Shown: positions 13,878 to 28,817 of the stretch, one piece after another | Layout of the letters: each line of letters begins with the position of its first letter | Numbering within the stretch: the stretch's first letter is position 1 | Assembly (NCBI GenBank): GCA_964016885.1 | Contig: OZ024740.1 | Coordinates: forward strand, 266,228,001 to 266,292,000 | Length of the DNA stretch: 64,000 nt | Direction: 5' to 3' | Source of the DNA: Eledone cirrhosa | Taxonomy: Eukaryota | Notes under the pieces: generated by a model | What the model was told of the DNA's origin: nothing | The model's database searches: none | What the model saw: the letters and a program-made list of their open reading frames with translations, nothing else | Made by a program: the position numbers and the translations under genes

Positions 13878-15614
13878 CGTTGTGTCCTATTTAATAGGAC
13901 ACAACCCTTCATGCCAAGGAAACCTAAAATTAATATGAAGGATCACAAAAGGAACTTTGAAACTGAATTACCAGTCAGATTAATTGCACCATCTAAATCG
14001 GACCTTGGCTGACTTAGCAAGAATATTTTGTACTAATAATATAATATAATAATAATACCACAAATTAAGGAATTATCTTATTTAAAATTATGGAAAGGAA
14101 CTAATGAAGTTATCGAATGGTTTAAGGAAATTAAATATAACTATAATAATAAGTTTATTCAATTGGATATTGCTAATTATTACTCATCCATCACTCCTAA
14201 TCTACTTAACAAAGCACTAACATATGCATTTAAACATACATACTTAACTAGTAATGAAATGCACATTATCTTAACGGCACGGAAAACATTAATAGAATTT
14301 AATAACCAACTCCGGACTAGAGCAGATAGAAATAATAATTTCGATATCACTATGGGATCATCCGATTCCGCTCAGGTAACGGATCTTGTGGGTCTCTTTA
14401 TAAATAATTCTCTACATAGAAAAATACCTGAGATGACCGGAGGTTTATATCGTGACGACATGCTATTACTTATCGAAAATAATAACTGTGAATTAAATAG
14501 GAAAAGAAAAGAAATTATACAATTTTTTTATTACCTTAATCTAAAAGTAGAAATAGAGAATAACCATAAAATAGTTAATTTTCTAGATGTAACATTAAAC
14601 CTGAACACATGTCTTCATTATTCATTTCACAAACTAAACGAGAACGTAAACTACGTTAATTTTAACTCTAATCACCCCAGATCCGTTAAAAATACTATAG
14701 TGAATTCTGTACAGCAACGCATTTCTAGAATTTCAGCTAATAAGAATATATTTGAAGATAAAGCACATTATTACAACGACGCGTTAGGTAGAGCTGGATA
14801 TAGAAATAAAATTAAATACATTGATAATAATAATATAACAACTAACCATAATCTTAACAATTTTAACAACTATAATAGAAAACCTTACAATAATTCGGAA
14901 AACAAAAAAAGAAATAGAACTAGGAATATATTATGGTTCGTTCCTCCTTTCTTATTAAATATTAAAACTCCTATTGCTAAACTATTCTTTAAAGCTCTTG
15001 ACAAATGCTTCCCTAGAACAATTTTTAATAGACATACTATAAAATATTTTTACAATTTTTAATAGACATACTATAAAATTAACTTATTCATCCACCAAAA
15101 ATTTAGCGCAGAATATTAATAGAATTAATAATAGAAATTTATAACCTAACCATATACCACTAATAACCCCAGCAATATCCAATTTGATAAATGTAACTGT
15201 AGAAATAAATCTAACTGTCCGTTAAATAACAATTGCTTAGCTAAAAATATAGTATATAATTGTAATGTAAAAACTAATTTAAATTCATTTAATTATGTAG
15301 GATCTACTTCCACAGATTTTAAATCTCGTTTTAATAACCATAAAAGCTCTTTTACGCATTTAAACAAAAATCTTCACACTTCTCTATCTAGCTTATTATG
15401 GGACCTCAAATAAAAGAACGTTAAATATTCGTTACTTTGGAATATTATTTCAAAAGCTACTCCTTTTAACTCCACTTCAGAAAGTTGTGATCTTTGTATA
15501 GAGGAAATATTCTTTATATTAAAAAGCAAAAATTCCCTGAACGTAAGAAGCAATCTCTTCAGTTGCTGCAGACATAGATTGAACTCAACGTTTAAATATA
15601 AATTTAAAATGTAA
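13878..15614 (+). pseudogene. Penelope-like element ORF (Hydra-clade-like RT plus C-terminal GIY-YIG), 5'-truncated
   Basis: KDHKRNF..RLIAPSKSDLG, DIANYYSSI, FDITMGSSDSAQ, GLYRDD, NFLDVTLNL, SNHP; then CNCRNKSNCPLNNNC, NIVY..YVGST..FKSRFNNHKSSF, CDLCIEE, CRHR. Confidence 0.93.
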
Positions 15615-15769
15615 TATATAATTAATTCTATTAATATATTGAACCTATCGATAAATCATTAGATTCCTTCATTTGACTGCTTAAACTCTCAACTATAAAA
15701 AATGTTCTCCTAAAAAAAATTTTTTTCTTGATAAACATACTGAAAGCTCTTAAAAGGGGAAAATGTTTT

Positions 15770-17630
<1,861 letters not shown>

Positions 17631-18050
17631 ATATATATATACACATTCAACACAGAGTAGAGAGTTTGACAACAGGTCGATGACTTTAGTCTAGATAGGG
17701 TAATGACATGTGATGGTGGGGAGAGAGTGTAGACGTTATTGTGGTGGCAGGGGACAGTGAGATGTATCTAGTCCATTTGTCCGTTTTCTTCTCTTTGCAA
17801 AATTTGAATTTTAGCCATGTTATATTAAGATGTAAGTAAATGTAAAATGTAAAATATAAATAAGGATTGCTCTGGTAAAATATACGAAAATATTTGTGTA
17901 ACTTCCACAAACTTCTGTTGTGACATTCCCGAGTCCAGTGACCAAATAATTGTTGTATTTTGATGTTTCAGAGTTCAAAAATTAATTAAAAACTTACCCC
18001 ACGAAAAGACAGCGTGTGTTGTCCTATCTATAAGCTCCCTCATACACACA

Positions 18051-18180
18051 CATACATACATACATACATACATACATACATACATACATACATACATACA
18101 TACATACATACATACATACATACATACATACATACATACATACATACATACATACATACATACATACATACATACATACA

Positions 18181-18210
<30 letters not shown>
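18051..18210. repeat. (CATA)n microsatellite
   Basis: Perfect tetranucleotide run. Confidence 0.98.
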
Positions 18211-18213
<3 letters not shown>

Positions 18214-18269
18214 TTGAGTATACATGCATATACTTATATACAATGATCTTTATATATAAATGTTGCGTC

Positions 18270-18685
18270 CAACGACAATATTGTCACAAGGTGAAGCCGA
18301 TGTGTGAAACGTTATGATATGTCACTGCAATAGATAACAGATAACGGTAATGTTGTCACAATGTGAAGCTGATTTGTGAAACGTTACGATATAATTGTTT
18401 CTACTTTTGGAGCAAGGCCAGTAATTACCCTAGTGCATTTCTGGTGCTTTATTTTATCGACTCCGTAAAGATGAAAGGCAAAGTTAACCTCGGCGGGATT
18501 TGAACTCAGAACGTAAAGGGTCATAATTCTATGCTGCAAAGCATGGAGCCTGATGCTTTACCGATACTGCCAATCCACTTGTCACTGCAATAGATAACGG
18601 CAATATTGTCACAATGTGAAGCTGATTTGTGAAACGTCATGATATAATGTCATTGCAATAGATAACGCCAATGTTGTGACAATCA
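18270..18685. repeat. ~65-75-bp tandem repeat, 3-4 units, interrupted by a SINE
   Basis: caatattgtcacaatgtgaagctgatttgtgaaacgt..gtcactgcaatagataac recurs. Confidence 0.8.
18392..18578 (-). mobile_element. tRNA-derived SINE
   Basis: Reverse complement of the 24260-24445 family; A box TGGCAGTATCGG, B box GAGTTCAAATCCC. Confidence 0.85.
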
Positions 18686-20123
18686 AGATAATAACTATAA
18701 ATATATGAAATTGAAGCAATGCTTCAGGCACTATTGTTATCTGACATTTAAAATTGATTGGAGAAACATTGAATTATCTTTATAACTAATATCGTTAATG
18801 GTTAGAAGGAAATTGCGAAATACAAATCAATTTTGGGATTGAATCCTTTCTTATAAAGGGATCAGTTTTATGTTAAAATATATAATATTTTGGCAACAAA
18901 CAACGAACTAAGAGATCAAATATATGTTAGAAGATATAATATTAAGGCAATAAACCACAAACTCAGAGATCAGATATATGTTAAAAGATATTATACTTAG
19001 GCCCCAAACAGCGAACTATGTTTTTATTTAAGTTTTCTTTTTAGGGATTTTATGGGGGAGGGTGGGCAGTATTTGTTTTTAACGTTGAGCGCCATAAATC
19101 TCAGCCCCCGGCGAATCAATGTTATGACTCGGATTAGCTTCGCAGTTATAACTATTACACCTCAGTGATTTTATATAATGTACTTGGAGGAAGACTAATG
19201 TATCGTGCCATCATGGCGGTCATTCTATTCTCCTTCTACTGAAGAGGTAAGTGTTAATCACTAGCGGATAAAAACTACTGACTATGAATCACAGCTATCC
19301 CTCCTGGCTGAATATTATGTCTGCCTTGTAGTGGATATTTTTATGCTGGACTAAAGGGGTTGAAAACGAATAAATTGTTATACACACACACGCACACACA
19401 CACACACGCACACACACACACGCACACACACACAATCAAACATACTCACACATAACATAACACACAACATACATATACACATCACATCAGCCGTCATACA
19501 TCTTCATATGGTTCTAGGGTGATCTTATCAGGTTCCATGATTCCGAACAGCTCTCCGATCTGCAAATATCAAAATCTTTCACCGTTTCTTCCACCATTCC
19601 AGATACCTTACATGAATGTCTTAGGTGCTGTCATAAAAAGAAGAAAAAGGCATGCAGCCCTTAATCAAAGCTAGATTCCAAATCCACCCGCAAATCAGGC
19701 ATGGATGACTGAAAACGCCTGGTCTGAGACTGACTAAAAAACTGGCATCCTCTGAGTGGCAGAATTAATTGAACTCAGCACAGCAAACTAAAGAATATGT
19801 AATACAAATATTTACAGCAATAAATTCCAATACTTACATAGGACAATCACAGAAGTAAAGAAATTCAAATACTGTAGAGAAAATGTTAAAATGTTATGTA
19901 AGTTTAAATACGCAATGTAATCTATAATATAATGAAGGGGTGGGACAGCGTCCGTTTTATAATTTTTTATCCCGTTAGTAAAATTAGTTTGAATAAATAA
20001 TGAATGAATATTATGTAATTTATCTACTAAATTTCGTAGCTCTCGATTAAACATAAATATTCTTATATATAAAGTATTGCTTATTTTAAGACTCACTATA
20101 TATACATACACACACACACACAC

Positions 20124-20173
<50 letters not shown>

Positions 20174-20255
20174 ATCCCGGGTTCAATCGGGGATAACCAC
20201 AGTAAGTAAGGTACTCAATACATAGCAGAGTATATATATATATATATATATAAAC

Positions 20256-20386
<131 letters not shown>

Positions 20387-20704
20387 CATATATCAATATC
20401 TGATTTTTCCTTCATATTTATTTATCTCCTTATAATATATAACCAGCAATTTCTCTGTCTGTCTGTCCGACAGTGGAAACACGTGCGCGCGTGGTTGCTA
20501 TCTCTCTCTCTCTCCAGCTATCCCTCTCTTTTAGTCTGTCTGTTTCTCTCACTCTCACTCTTTCTCTTTGTAACACACTAACATTCCTCCCCTCTATCGC
20601 TGTGACGAATGGGGAGATGGAGGAGGAGGAGGAGAGAGTCACTTCGTCACTTCACCTCTGCCTTTCTTTCTCTCCCCTCTCACTCCCTCATTACGTACAG
20701 ACAT

Positions 20705-20900
20705 TAGGGCGGTGGATTGGCAGAATCTGTAGAGAGTCGGACACCATGCTTCATAGCATGGAGTTACGTCCCTTTACGGTCTGAGTTCAAATACCGCCGA
20801 GGTTAACTTTGGCTTTCATCCTCACGGGGGCGATAAAATAAAGTACCAGTAATGTACTGGATAATTGCTGGCCTTGTGCCAAAAGTAGAAACAATTATTA
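20705..20900 (+). mobile_element. tRNA-derived SINE nested in H1
   Basis: agggcggtggattggcagaatc..gagttcaaataccgccgagg..aaagtagaaacaattatta. Confidence 0.85.
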
Positions 20901-21017
20901 GAAACATTGCTTCATTTTTACATATCTAAGCATTAGTAAAATAACTAATAATTTCAAAAGTAATTTTTCAATTCCAATTGTTATGAACAGCAAAACATTA
21001 ATAATAATTTTGTTCTA

Positions 21018-21266
21018 AGAAATATATATACATTTCTGTGTGTGTAATATATATATATATACACACACAGAAATATATATACATTTCTGTGTGTGTAATA
21101 TATATATATATACACACACAGAAATATATATATATACACACAGAAATATATATACATTTCTGTGTGTGTAATATATATATATATACACACAGAAATATAT
21201 ATACATTTCTGTGTGTGTAATATATATATATACACACACAGAAATATATATACATTTCTGTGTGTG

Positions 21267-21309
<43 letters not shown>

Positions 21310-21320
21310 GAAATATATGG
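21018..21320. repeat. ~50-bp minisatellite with internally palindromic unit
   Basis: acacacagaaat-atatatac-atttctgtgtgt repeated about 5-6 times, separated by (TA)n. Confidence 0.85.
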
Positions 21321-21862
21321 GCATTTCTCTGTTTGTCTGTCTGTCTGTCTGTCTGTCCTTCCCTAAAACTCAAATGTAGGAGCTACAGAAATATTACCTT
21401 CCCCTTCCTTTCTCCACTTTTGTACTACCAAGAGAAATACTGTCGCTATAGAAACATTACCTTCCCCTCTCCACTGACTTTGGTCACTGAGGCCGATGGA
21501 ATCGCTGGTTGCTATAGAGACACCTTGCACAAACCAGAAGTAACCAGTTCGAGGCGGTTCTGACTTGACAACATGCCAAGGACCATTTGAAGATATATTT
21601 CAATCGTTATATCATAACTTTTATGTATCATAACGTTTATATTTCCGTCACTAATCTCTTTTTCTCCTTTTTCGTTTTAACATATATTTATTTCAAAGAT
21701 TTCACCGTATAGATAACATATATATTTATACATGCATAAAAGACACACCGAGAGACGGTGAACATGTGGTGCCGAAAACATTTCTCATCCAAATCTCAAC
21801 AATATCAGTATATACACTAGATTTGCTAGCAGAAAACCGCCCACCGGGTGGTTTTCTGCTAG

Positions 21863-22671
21863 TCTACTTATATATATAACCAGCAATTTTTCTGTCTGTC
21901 TGTCCGACAGTGGAAACACGTGCGTAGAGAGAGAGTGAGAGTGAAAGAAAGAGACAGACTACGAGAGGGGGTAGCGGGAGGGAGAGAGGGAGAGAGAGAG
22001 AGTGAATAGACGCTAAAACACGTGCTATAGAAACATTACCTTCCCCTCTCCACTGACTTTGGTCACTGAGGCCGAGGGAATCGCTGGTTGCTATAGAGAC
22101 ACCTTGCACAAGCCAGAAGTAACCAGTTCGAGGCGGTTCTGACTTGACACCATGCGAAGAAGGTTGCCATTGAATTTGTGGTTGTTGCTGCTGATAATAA
22201 GGACCATTTGAAGAAGGTTGCCATTGAATTTGTGGTTTGAGGAAGGTTGCTATTGAATTTGTGCTTGTTGCTGCTGATAATAAGGACCATTTGAAGAAGG
22301 TTGCTGCTGATGAGGTAATTTATTAATCAGATTGCGCTGTTCCATAACCTACGTTTGATTTGTTCAATTTTTTTCTTCAATTTTTTTTGTTGTTTTTTTT
22401 ATTTCTTATTAAAAAAATATAAATAATAAAATAAGGTTAGAAATGTAAATACAATTAAATACGATTTAATTTCCATTTCCAGCAGCCAATGTCCAGTGTT
22501 CAATTTCATGAAAAAATTGGAAATAATTCAAAAAATTGAAGTTTAACTTTTGAACATTTGTTTTGACAAAAAAAAATATTTCCTTATTCACACCTAATGG
22601 TATGATTAAAATTTCAGTATATACACTAGATTTGCTAGCAGAAAACCGCCCACCGGGTGGTTTTCTGCTAG
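21863..22671 (+). mobile_element. Non-autonomous Helitron H2
   Basis: Starts TCTACTTATATATATAACCAGC directly after the H1 CTAG; ~60-bp 3' end identical to H1. Confidence 0.8.
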
Positions 22672-23148
22672 TCTATATTACTAAAACAGAGAATGTCTGT
22701 TTCTCTGTCTGTCTGTACAATTACTAAAGCTCGAGAACAACCCAACCGATTGTTTTCAAACTTCACACATGTAATACTTATGGTCCTATTGATTGTTCTG
22801 AGCAAACAAAATTTCAAATTTTCAATGCCCTAGGGACCGCATTAGGCGATTTAGCGATCTCTTTCTCTCTCTCTTAGTCTTTCTCTTTTTAGATAGATAC
22901 ATAGATATAACGTTGCGCCCTTATAATATCTGTCTGTATGCCTGGCTGTCTGCATTACGTAATTATGACGCGGTGTGTGTGTGTATGTATATATAGTGTG
23001 TATATATATATATATAGTGTGTAACGTTTTTTCGAAATATTTACTTCTGCGTTCACAGATTTATTATTTTAGTTTCAGAAGTTCCCGTTAAGGGTGAAAG
23101 CAGCGATTCTTTGCTTAAACTTTAATCTGTTATGTTAATATATATATA

Positions 23149-23222
<74 letters not shown>

Positions 23223-23552
23223 TATATTCGTGTACAGATATTTTTGCATACACCTATAAACAAAAGTATTTATTTCGCGATAAAATATTGACTTTCTTCG
23301 AACGGAAAAAAATCCTGGTAATGTACGACGAACTGTTTTTATAAGCACAAACTGTAGACACCAACCCGATGCCGAGGTGTTCTGTACTTCTCTGTACTGT
23401 TATTTATATATTCGTGTACAGATATTTTTGCATACACAATAACAAAATATAAACAAACGTATTTACTTCACGAGGCTCGAGAAAGATAAATATATATCAA
23501 ATATATAAGAACCTTAGAGCAAATCCCGAGCAACGCCGGGTCATTCTGCTAG
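22672..23552 (+). mobile_element. Non-autonomous Helitron H3 (different family)
   Basis: TCTATATTACTAAA start; 3' CCCGAGCAACGCCGGG hairpin then TCATTCTGCTAG|T. Confidence 0.78.
23071..23121 (+). ncRNA. HHR-like motif, family B (CAGAAG core)
   Basis: AGTTT-CAGAAGT-TCCC gttaa GGGT-GAAA-GCA..TGC-TT-AAACT. Confidence 0.45.
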
Positions 23553-24101
23553 TCATCACTATTTATTCTAAAAGTAATCTACCATCTCTGTGAATATATC
23601 CTAAGTTATACGTTTCTTAGTAACTAAACCTCTTAAGTATTGATATATTTATTACTAAATTAAGCTTCCATAATGTTTTAATTGTTTTTCTGAATACATT
23701 CTATTAATGTTAATTTTATGATATTTTTCTGACTTCAATTAATACGTATTATTAAACTTATATGCTCTAGCTGTATACCTATAACTTTAATTTGGTAAGT
23801 AATTCATGTGTATCTATCTAATAGTTTAGTGCAATATCTTTAGTTATTGTACGTATCTTTATTACTAATAAATTTTAATTGCGTATTTAAACTTACATAA
23901 AATTTTAATATTTTCCCAACAGCATTTGAATACACATGCCCACACAGACATATATATATATATATACAATTTCAGTTCAAATACTGAGATAGCCTATAAG
24001 TAATATTAGCTTCATTAGTCCGTACATTATTATCTTCAATATCATCACTGCTATGACATTCATTATCTAACGCTGTGAGATTAAATGTTTATTATTACGG
24101 A

Positions 24102-24445
24102 CATGCTTTCCAGCATAGTTACGTCCCTTTACGATCTGAATTCAAATCCGGTCGAGGTTAACTTTGCCTTTCATCCTTACGAGGTCGATAAAATAAAGTT
24201 CCAGTAATGTACTGGGTAATTGCTGGCCTTGTGCCTAAAATAGAAACAATTATTATGCATAGGGCGGTGGATTGGCAGTATCGGTAGAGAGTCGGACACC
24301 ATGCTTTGAAGCATAGAGTTACGTCCCTTTATGATCTGAGTTCAAATCCCGCCGAGGTTAACTTTGCCTTTCATCCTTACGGGGTCGATAAAATAAAGTA
24401 CCAGTAATACACTAGGTAATTGCTGGCCTTGTGCCAAAAAGTAGA
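24102..24445 (+). mobile_element. Two tandem tRNA-derived SINEs (second full-length from 24260)
   Basis: A/B boxes, shared central domain and tail. Confidence 0.88.
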
Positions 24446-24659
24446 GTGCTAAAATTATGCACAGGAGTTGTTTGTTTTGGTTTATATGTGTTTAATGTTA
24501 TGTTGGTAATAAAGCCAAATATGCAGCTAAATTAGGTGTAGTACAGAAGGATTATATATATATATTATTTTTTATTTATATATATATATATAAATAAGTA
24601 TAAATATTCAGTTATATATATTCATAATGGTTAAGAGGCGAACCTTGTGATTCTGTATG

Positions 24660-24714
<55 letters not shown>

Positions 24715-25089
24715 ATATGTTTCTCCCCTTCTCACTTCCTCCCGTTCGCAAGTTGTGGGGTTCCTGCTTTCTCACACCTCATTCACGTCGTACGGTCTGC
24801 TTCTCTGTCCGCTCATGAAATTCACCCAGCTTATGCTGATCGGATAACCATCATGTTGCTTGCTGTTTTTCCAACCTTCGGTTTGCTTTTCCTTCTTGTT
24901 GTTTACTTGTCTCACTCGCTTTACGCGTTTCACTTGTCCCAATAGCTTATTTTAGTTATTGCTCGCACCAACCTGAGGTATCTGATTTTTAATGCGATGA
25001 AATACCAATGATGGTTGGCAAATCACTGATGAGGGACTAATTTTATATGTAATCCATGTGCAACGACGCAGTATTCCTCTCCCCTTGTT

Positions 25090-25141
<52 letters not shown>

Positions 25142-25207
25142 GTATATATATATATAGAATAAGGAAAAGCAAAGTAGTTTCAGATGTTCAAGTCTTTTAA
25201 TAATAAT

Positions 25208-25281
25208 GCTGTGATATATATTTCAATGGCGACAGTGGTGACACTGTTCCGTGCGCCAGTGTCGCGACATCGTCAGACAGC
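25208..25281 (-). ncRNA. Type I hammerhead ribozyme
   Basis: GCTGT-CTGACGA-[GC-rich stem II with GACACTG/CAGTGTC]-GAAA-TATATA-TC-ACAGC; palindromic stem III, AUC triplet. Confidence 0.7.
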
Positions 25282-25398
25282 TTTTTACATAATAAGGTTA
25301 TGTTTCCGAGGTAATCCAAATTGAATCGACATGGGAACGGACGAAGTGTGTGCTCTTGGGTTCTTCGTCCATTCCCCTGTGAGTACCAATTCACCCCC

Positions 25399-25649
25399 AC
25401 CGGTCTGCGCATGTCCGTAGGAAGTTGACCATTAGCTACCGCAGATTTCAACGAAATTCGCTTAGTCAGTTCCCCCTCTCAGCCAAACAATGACCTATTC
25501 AGGGCCTGTAATATAGCTTACTGCTACCTATCCCGTCAGTGGCTGTCAGTCGAAAGCCAGTGGGGATGGGCGAGTGTGAGTATCCACAGGTCTGAATACT
25601 ACCTCTCATTAAGCATGGATACTCACACTCTCCCATCCCCACTGGCTTT
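25399..25649 (+). repeat. Inverted repeat arm ending in a 34-bp hairpin (partner 28818-29074)
   Basis: Near-identical reverse complement of 28818-29074; stem 25553-25586/25616-25649. Confidence 0.92.
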
Positions 25650-25739
25650 ATATATTATGTGTATATATGTATGTGTATATATATATATATGACTATATAT
25701 GTATGTGTTTATATATATATATATACACATACATATATA

Positions 25740-27432
25740 GTAAAAAATTGAACGGGAACAAAACAGAGAGGCAGTACGAACAAAGGTTTATTAGTTTCAT
25801 GCTCTTGAGAGTGGGTGTGGGTGGGGAAAGACGTTTCGGGCATAAGCCCTTCTTCAGGTGAAAAGTTTGTGGGAAGAGAGTTCCAAGGATGTGTAGGGGA
25901 GTGGTGGAGAGACATATAGAAAAAAGGGGGTGAGAGGAAACGGTACAAATGAAATTAAATATAAAAGCATAATAAAAATAAAAATAAACATGAAGTAAAA
26001 CAGGTGGTGGAAGGTTGTGGGGCGTGTAGGGGGTGGTGGCGGGTAAAGTGGGGAGAGGAAGGCGGGGTGTCCGAGAGGGGAGGGCTGAAGGTGGTGTGTG
26101 TATGTAGGTGTACGTGTGTGTGTGTGTATGTGAAAGTAAGTGTTGGGGGAAGAACGGGGTTGCATGTTCAGGAAAAGGTGTGTGTGGGCTGGGGTGTAGG
26201 TCGGTTTGTGTGTGCGTGTGTGGATGGGGAGGGGTCAGAGGGGTGGGGGAGAGCATTCCAGAGGCTGAGTGTGCAAATATGTGGTGGTACGCACGTGTGT
26301 GTGGTGTTTATGCGTGTTGTGGATGTAGGTGGCGTGTGGGAAAAAAAATGTTTTGAGTGTATGTCAGTGGGTGAGTCCTTAAGGTAATTCCGTAGAGGAT
26401 GTGGTGGAATGCTGGGTAATATCCTGGGGATGTGGTTGATTCTTGGGATGGATGTCCAATATGTGTAATCCGTGGTTGGGTTGGTCGGAAGAGGGGAGAT
26501 GTGGGGTGCGCGTGCAACAGGAAGTGGTCAGAGGGTCAAGGCAGGAGGAGGGTTGTGTGTCTGTGTGTGCGGGGAGGTGGTCAGAGATAAGGGCATAGCA
26601 GCAGTCGGTGAGAATGGTAAGTGAAGAAAGTCGGTGTGTCAGTGTGTTCGGAGGTGCGGTGGACAGGGGAGAGGTTGGGTAGGTGTGAAAGTTGGAGTGA
26701 GGAGGGGGTGTGGGTATTAGTAGAGGTGTTAATGGGATGTGTGTGAGAAAGGGTGTGGGTGGAGCGGGTAGAGAAGGGTGTGGGGGCCGGTGGAGGGAGT
26801 GTAGTCTACTGGTGTGTGTGTGTGTGTGGTGAATGGGGTGTTAGTGGGTGTTAGTATACTGGTGGTGGGGAAAGGGTTGAATGCGGGTGTGAGTGGGGGT
26901 CAGTGGTGGTAGGATGTGTGGAGTGGGTGGTGTAAGTGGGTGTGTGTGTTCGTATGCGTAGGGTTGGGGGTGCTAGTGATATTAGTTGCGTGTAGAGTGG
27001 GTGGTGTAAGTGGGTGTGTGTGTTCGTGTGCGTGGGGTCGGGGGTGTTAGTGATGTTAGTTACGGGGGGGGGGTTAGTGGTGGTAGTAGGGTGTGTGTTT
27101 AGTGTGAGCGCGTGTATATATGTACCGGTGGGTGTGTGCGTGTGATAAGGGGAGGGGGGAGAAGAAAGGAGGGATGTTAGTATGTTAGTTGGGGAAGGGT
27201 GTTCGGGTGTGGGGTGGAGGTGTTAGTATTGTTAGTTGTGGGGTGGGCGGTGAAAAGGAGGGTGGTGTTCGTGGGGATATGTGTGGGGGGGGAGGAGGCG
27301 GTCGAAGGCTAAAGGAATAAGGGTGGGGAGAATCAGGCCGGGGGAGTGTGGGTCTGTAGGGTGAAGATGGTTCGTTGTTCGACTCTGAGGAGAGTGGCGG
27401 GTGTTCCGTGGCATTGGAGTAGGCCACGGGTA
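25740..27432 (-). mobile_element. Severely 5'-truncated PLE (Neptune-like): endonuclease C-terminus, long C/A-rich 3' UTR, HHR core
   Basis: 27330-27430 reads [22 protein letters not shown], like the GIY-YIG end motif E..LIF.L.TL.P.GLN; flanked by (TA)n. Confidence 0.65.
25830..25857 (-). ncRNA. Minimal PLE-type hammerhead core
   Basis: CTGAAGA-A-GGGC ttat GCCC-GAAA-CGTC; the 3' arm of stem I does not pair. Confidence 0.65.
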
Positions 27433-27522
27433 CATATATATATACACATATATACATATATATATATACACATACATAAATATATGTACATATATATATG
27501 TACATATATATATATATACATC

Positions 27523-27585
<63 letters not shown>

Positions 27586-27591
<6 letters not shown>

Positions 27592-28669
27592 TAAAATATA
27601 ACCTAATGTTTGTTGAGTGAGATGGTTACCAGTCAGAGATTAGCTTTAAACTATCTCTGTTATTGTATTAATATTTTACTCTTGATTGGCCAGAGGTGTT
27701 TATTTCCAGGTACCTTATAAATTTGACTTTCCGTATTTATTACTGTTGTGCGATATTGTGGTTTTTATTGGTTGTAACTTCTCTGTTTTTTAGCCTAAGA
27801 AAATATATATATGCCTATGTATATAATTACATGCATTCATTTATTTTTTTTAATTAATTGAGTTCTTTACACGAGGAATTGATATTAGTTTTGAAATAAC
27901 TAATTAACCCGTGTGTGTTTTATATTTTACTCTTAATTCGGCCGGAGATTTACATTCCCATTTGCCCTTTAAAGCATAACTTTCCGTATTTACTACGGTT
28001 ACGAGATGCGGTTTCTTATTCAGGTACAACCTCTGATTTAGCCTAAAAAAATATCTATATGCGTGTGTAATTTATACACGCATATATTTATTTTTTTAAT
28101 TTCAATTGAGTTCTTAACACGTTGGATTGATAATGTTTTCGAAAAAACTGTTTAACCCGCGTGTATATTATTTTTTCCTCCTTTCGTGGATCGTGGTTCT
28201 CTCCCCTTCCCGCTTAGTGACGCTATAATACTTCCTCAGTCAAAAACTGCTGGAATTTCAAATTTGCCGGTCACTCGATGCGGGAAGGAGCAACTTAACA
28301 GACACGATTTTTAACTACGGTAAGAAAATTTTTTTTTCTTATATCAAAGTTTAATGGGCTTCCACTGATGATTTATAAACGCCCACCTAAATATATTCTT
28401 ACATGAATGTATATTAGGCTTCTACATAAACTGGAAATATTCTCCGAATTTGTAGAAAACTTATAATGAAACAATTGTTTGGAAAGAGAGATATATTTTA
28501 ACTTTAATTATATCTCATAAAATAATACAACTGGTTTTTCCACATAATACATATTGTTAGCACCCCAAACACTTAAATTGGGTTTATATTAAAATATAAC
28601 CTAATGTTTGTTGAGTGAGATGGTTACCAGTCAGAGATTAACTTTAAACTATCTCTGTTATTGTATTAA

Positions 28670-28671
<2 letters not shown>
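27586..28671 (+). mobile_element. ORF-less pLTR/retrozyme-like unit with ~87-bp terminal direct repeats
   Basis: 27586-27672 matches 28584-28670; diverged internal duplication 27673-27915/27922-28165; HHR inside; (TA)n on both sides. Confidence 0.7.
28360..28484 (+). ncRNA. Type I hammerhead with branched stem II
   Basis: TTCCA-CTGATGA-TTTATAA-[two hairpins]-TTATAAT-GAAA-CAATTG-TT-TGGAA. Confidence 0.7.
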
Positions 28672-28744
<73 letters not shown>

Positions 28745-28817
28745 CATACATATATACACATATATATATACACATACATATATAGTCATATATATATATA
28801 TATACACATACATATAT

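Larger units (their letters stand above)
20425..21862 (+). mobile_element. Non-autonomous Helitron H1
   Basis: 5' A|TC start, (GTCT)n near the 5' end, 3' hairpin plus CTAG; shares ends and an internal block with H2. Confidence 0.78.

Noticed and set aside
17995-18035. Possible micro-exon ending in GG|GTAAGT on the minus strand
   Set aside because: No polypyrimidine tract and no partner exons; cannot be supported
21018-21320. Palindromic repeats resembling a CRISPR array
   Set aside because: Spacers are (TA)n; minisatellite inside a Helitron
24260-24355. tRNA gene
   Set aside because: A/B boxes belong to SINE heads; no cloverleaf, and the copies carry SINE body and tail
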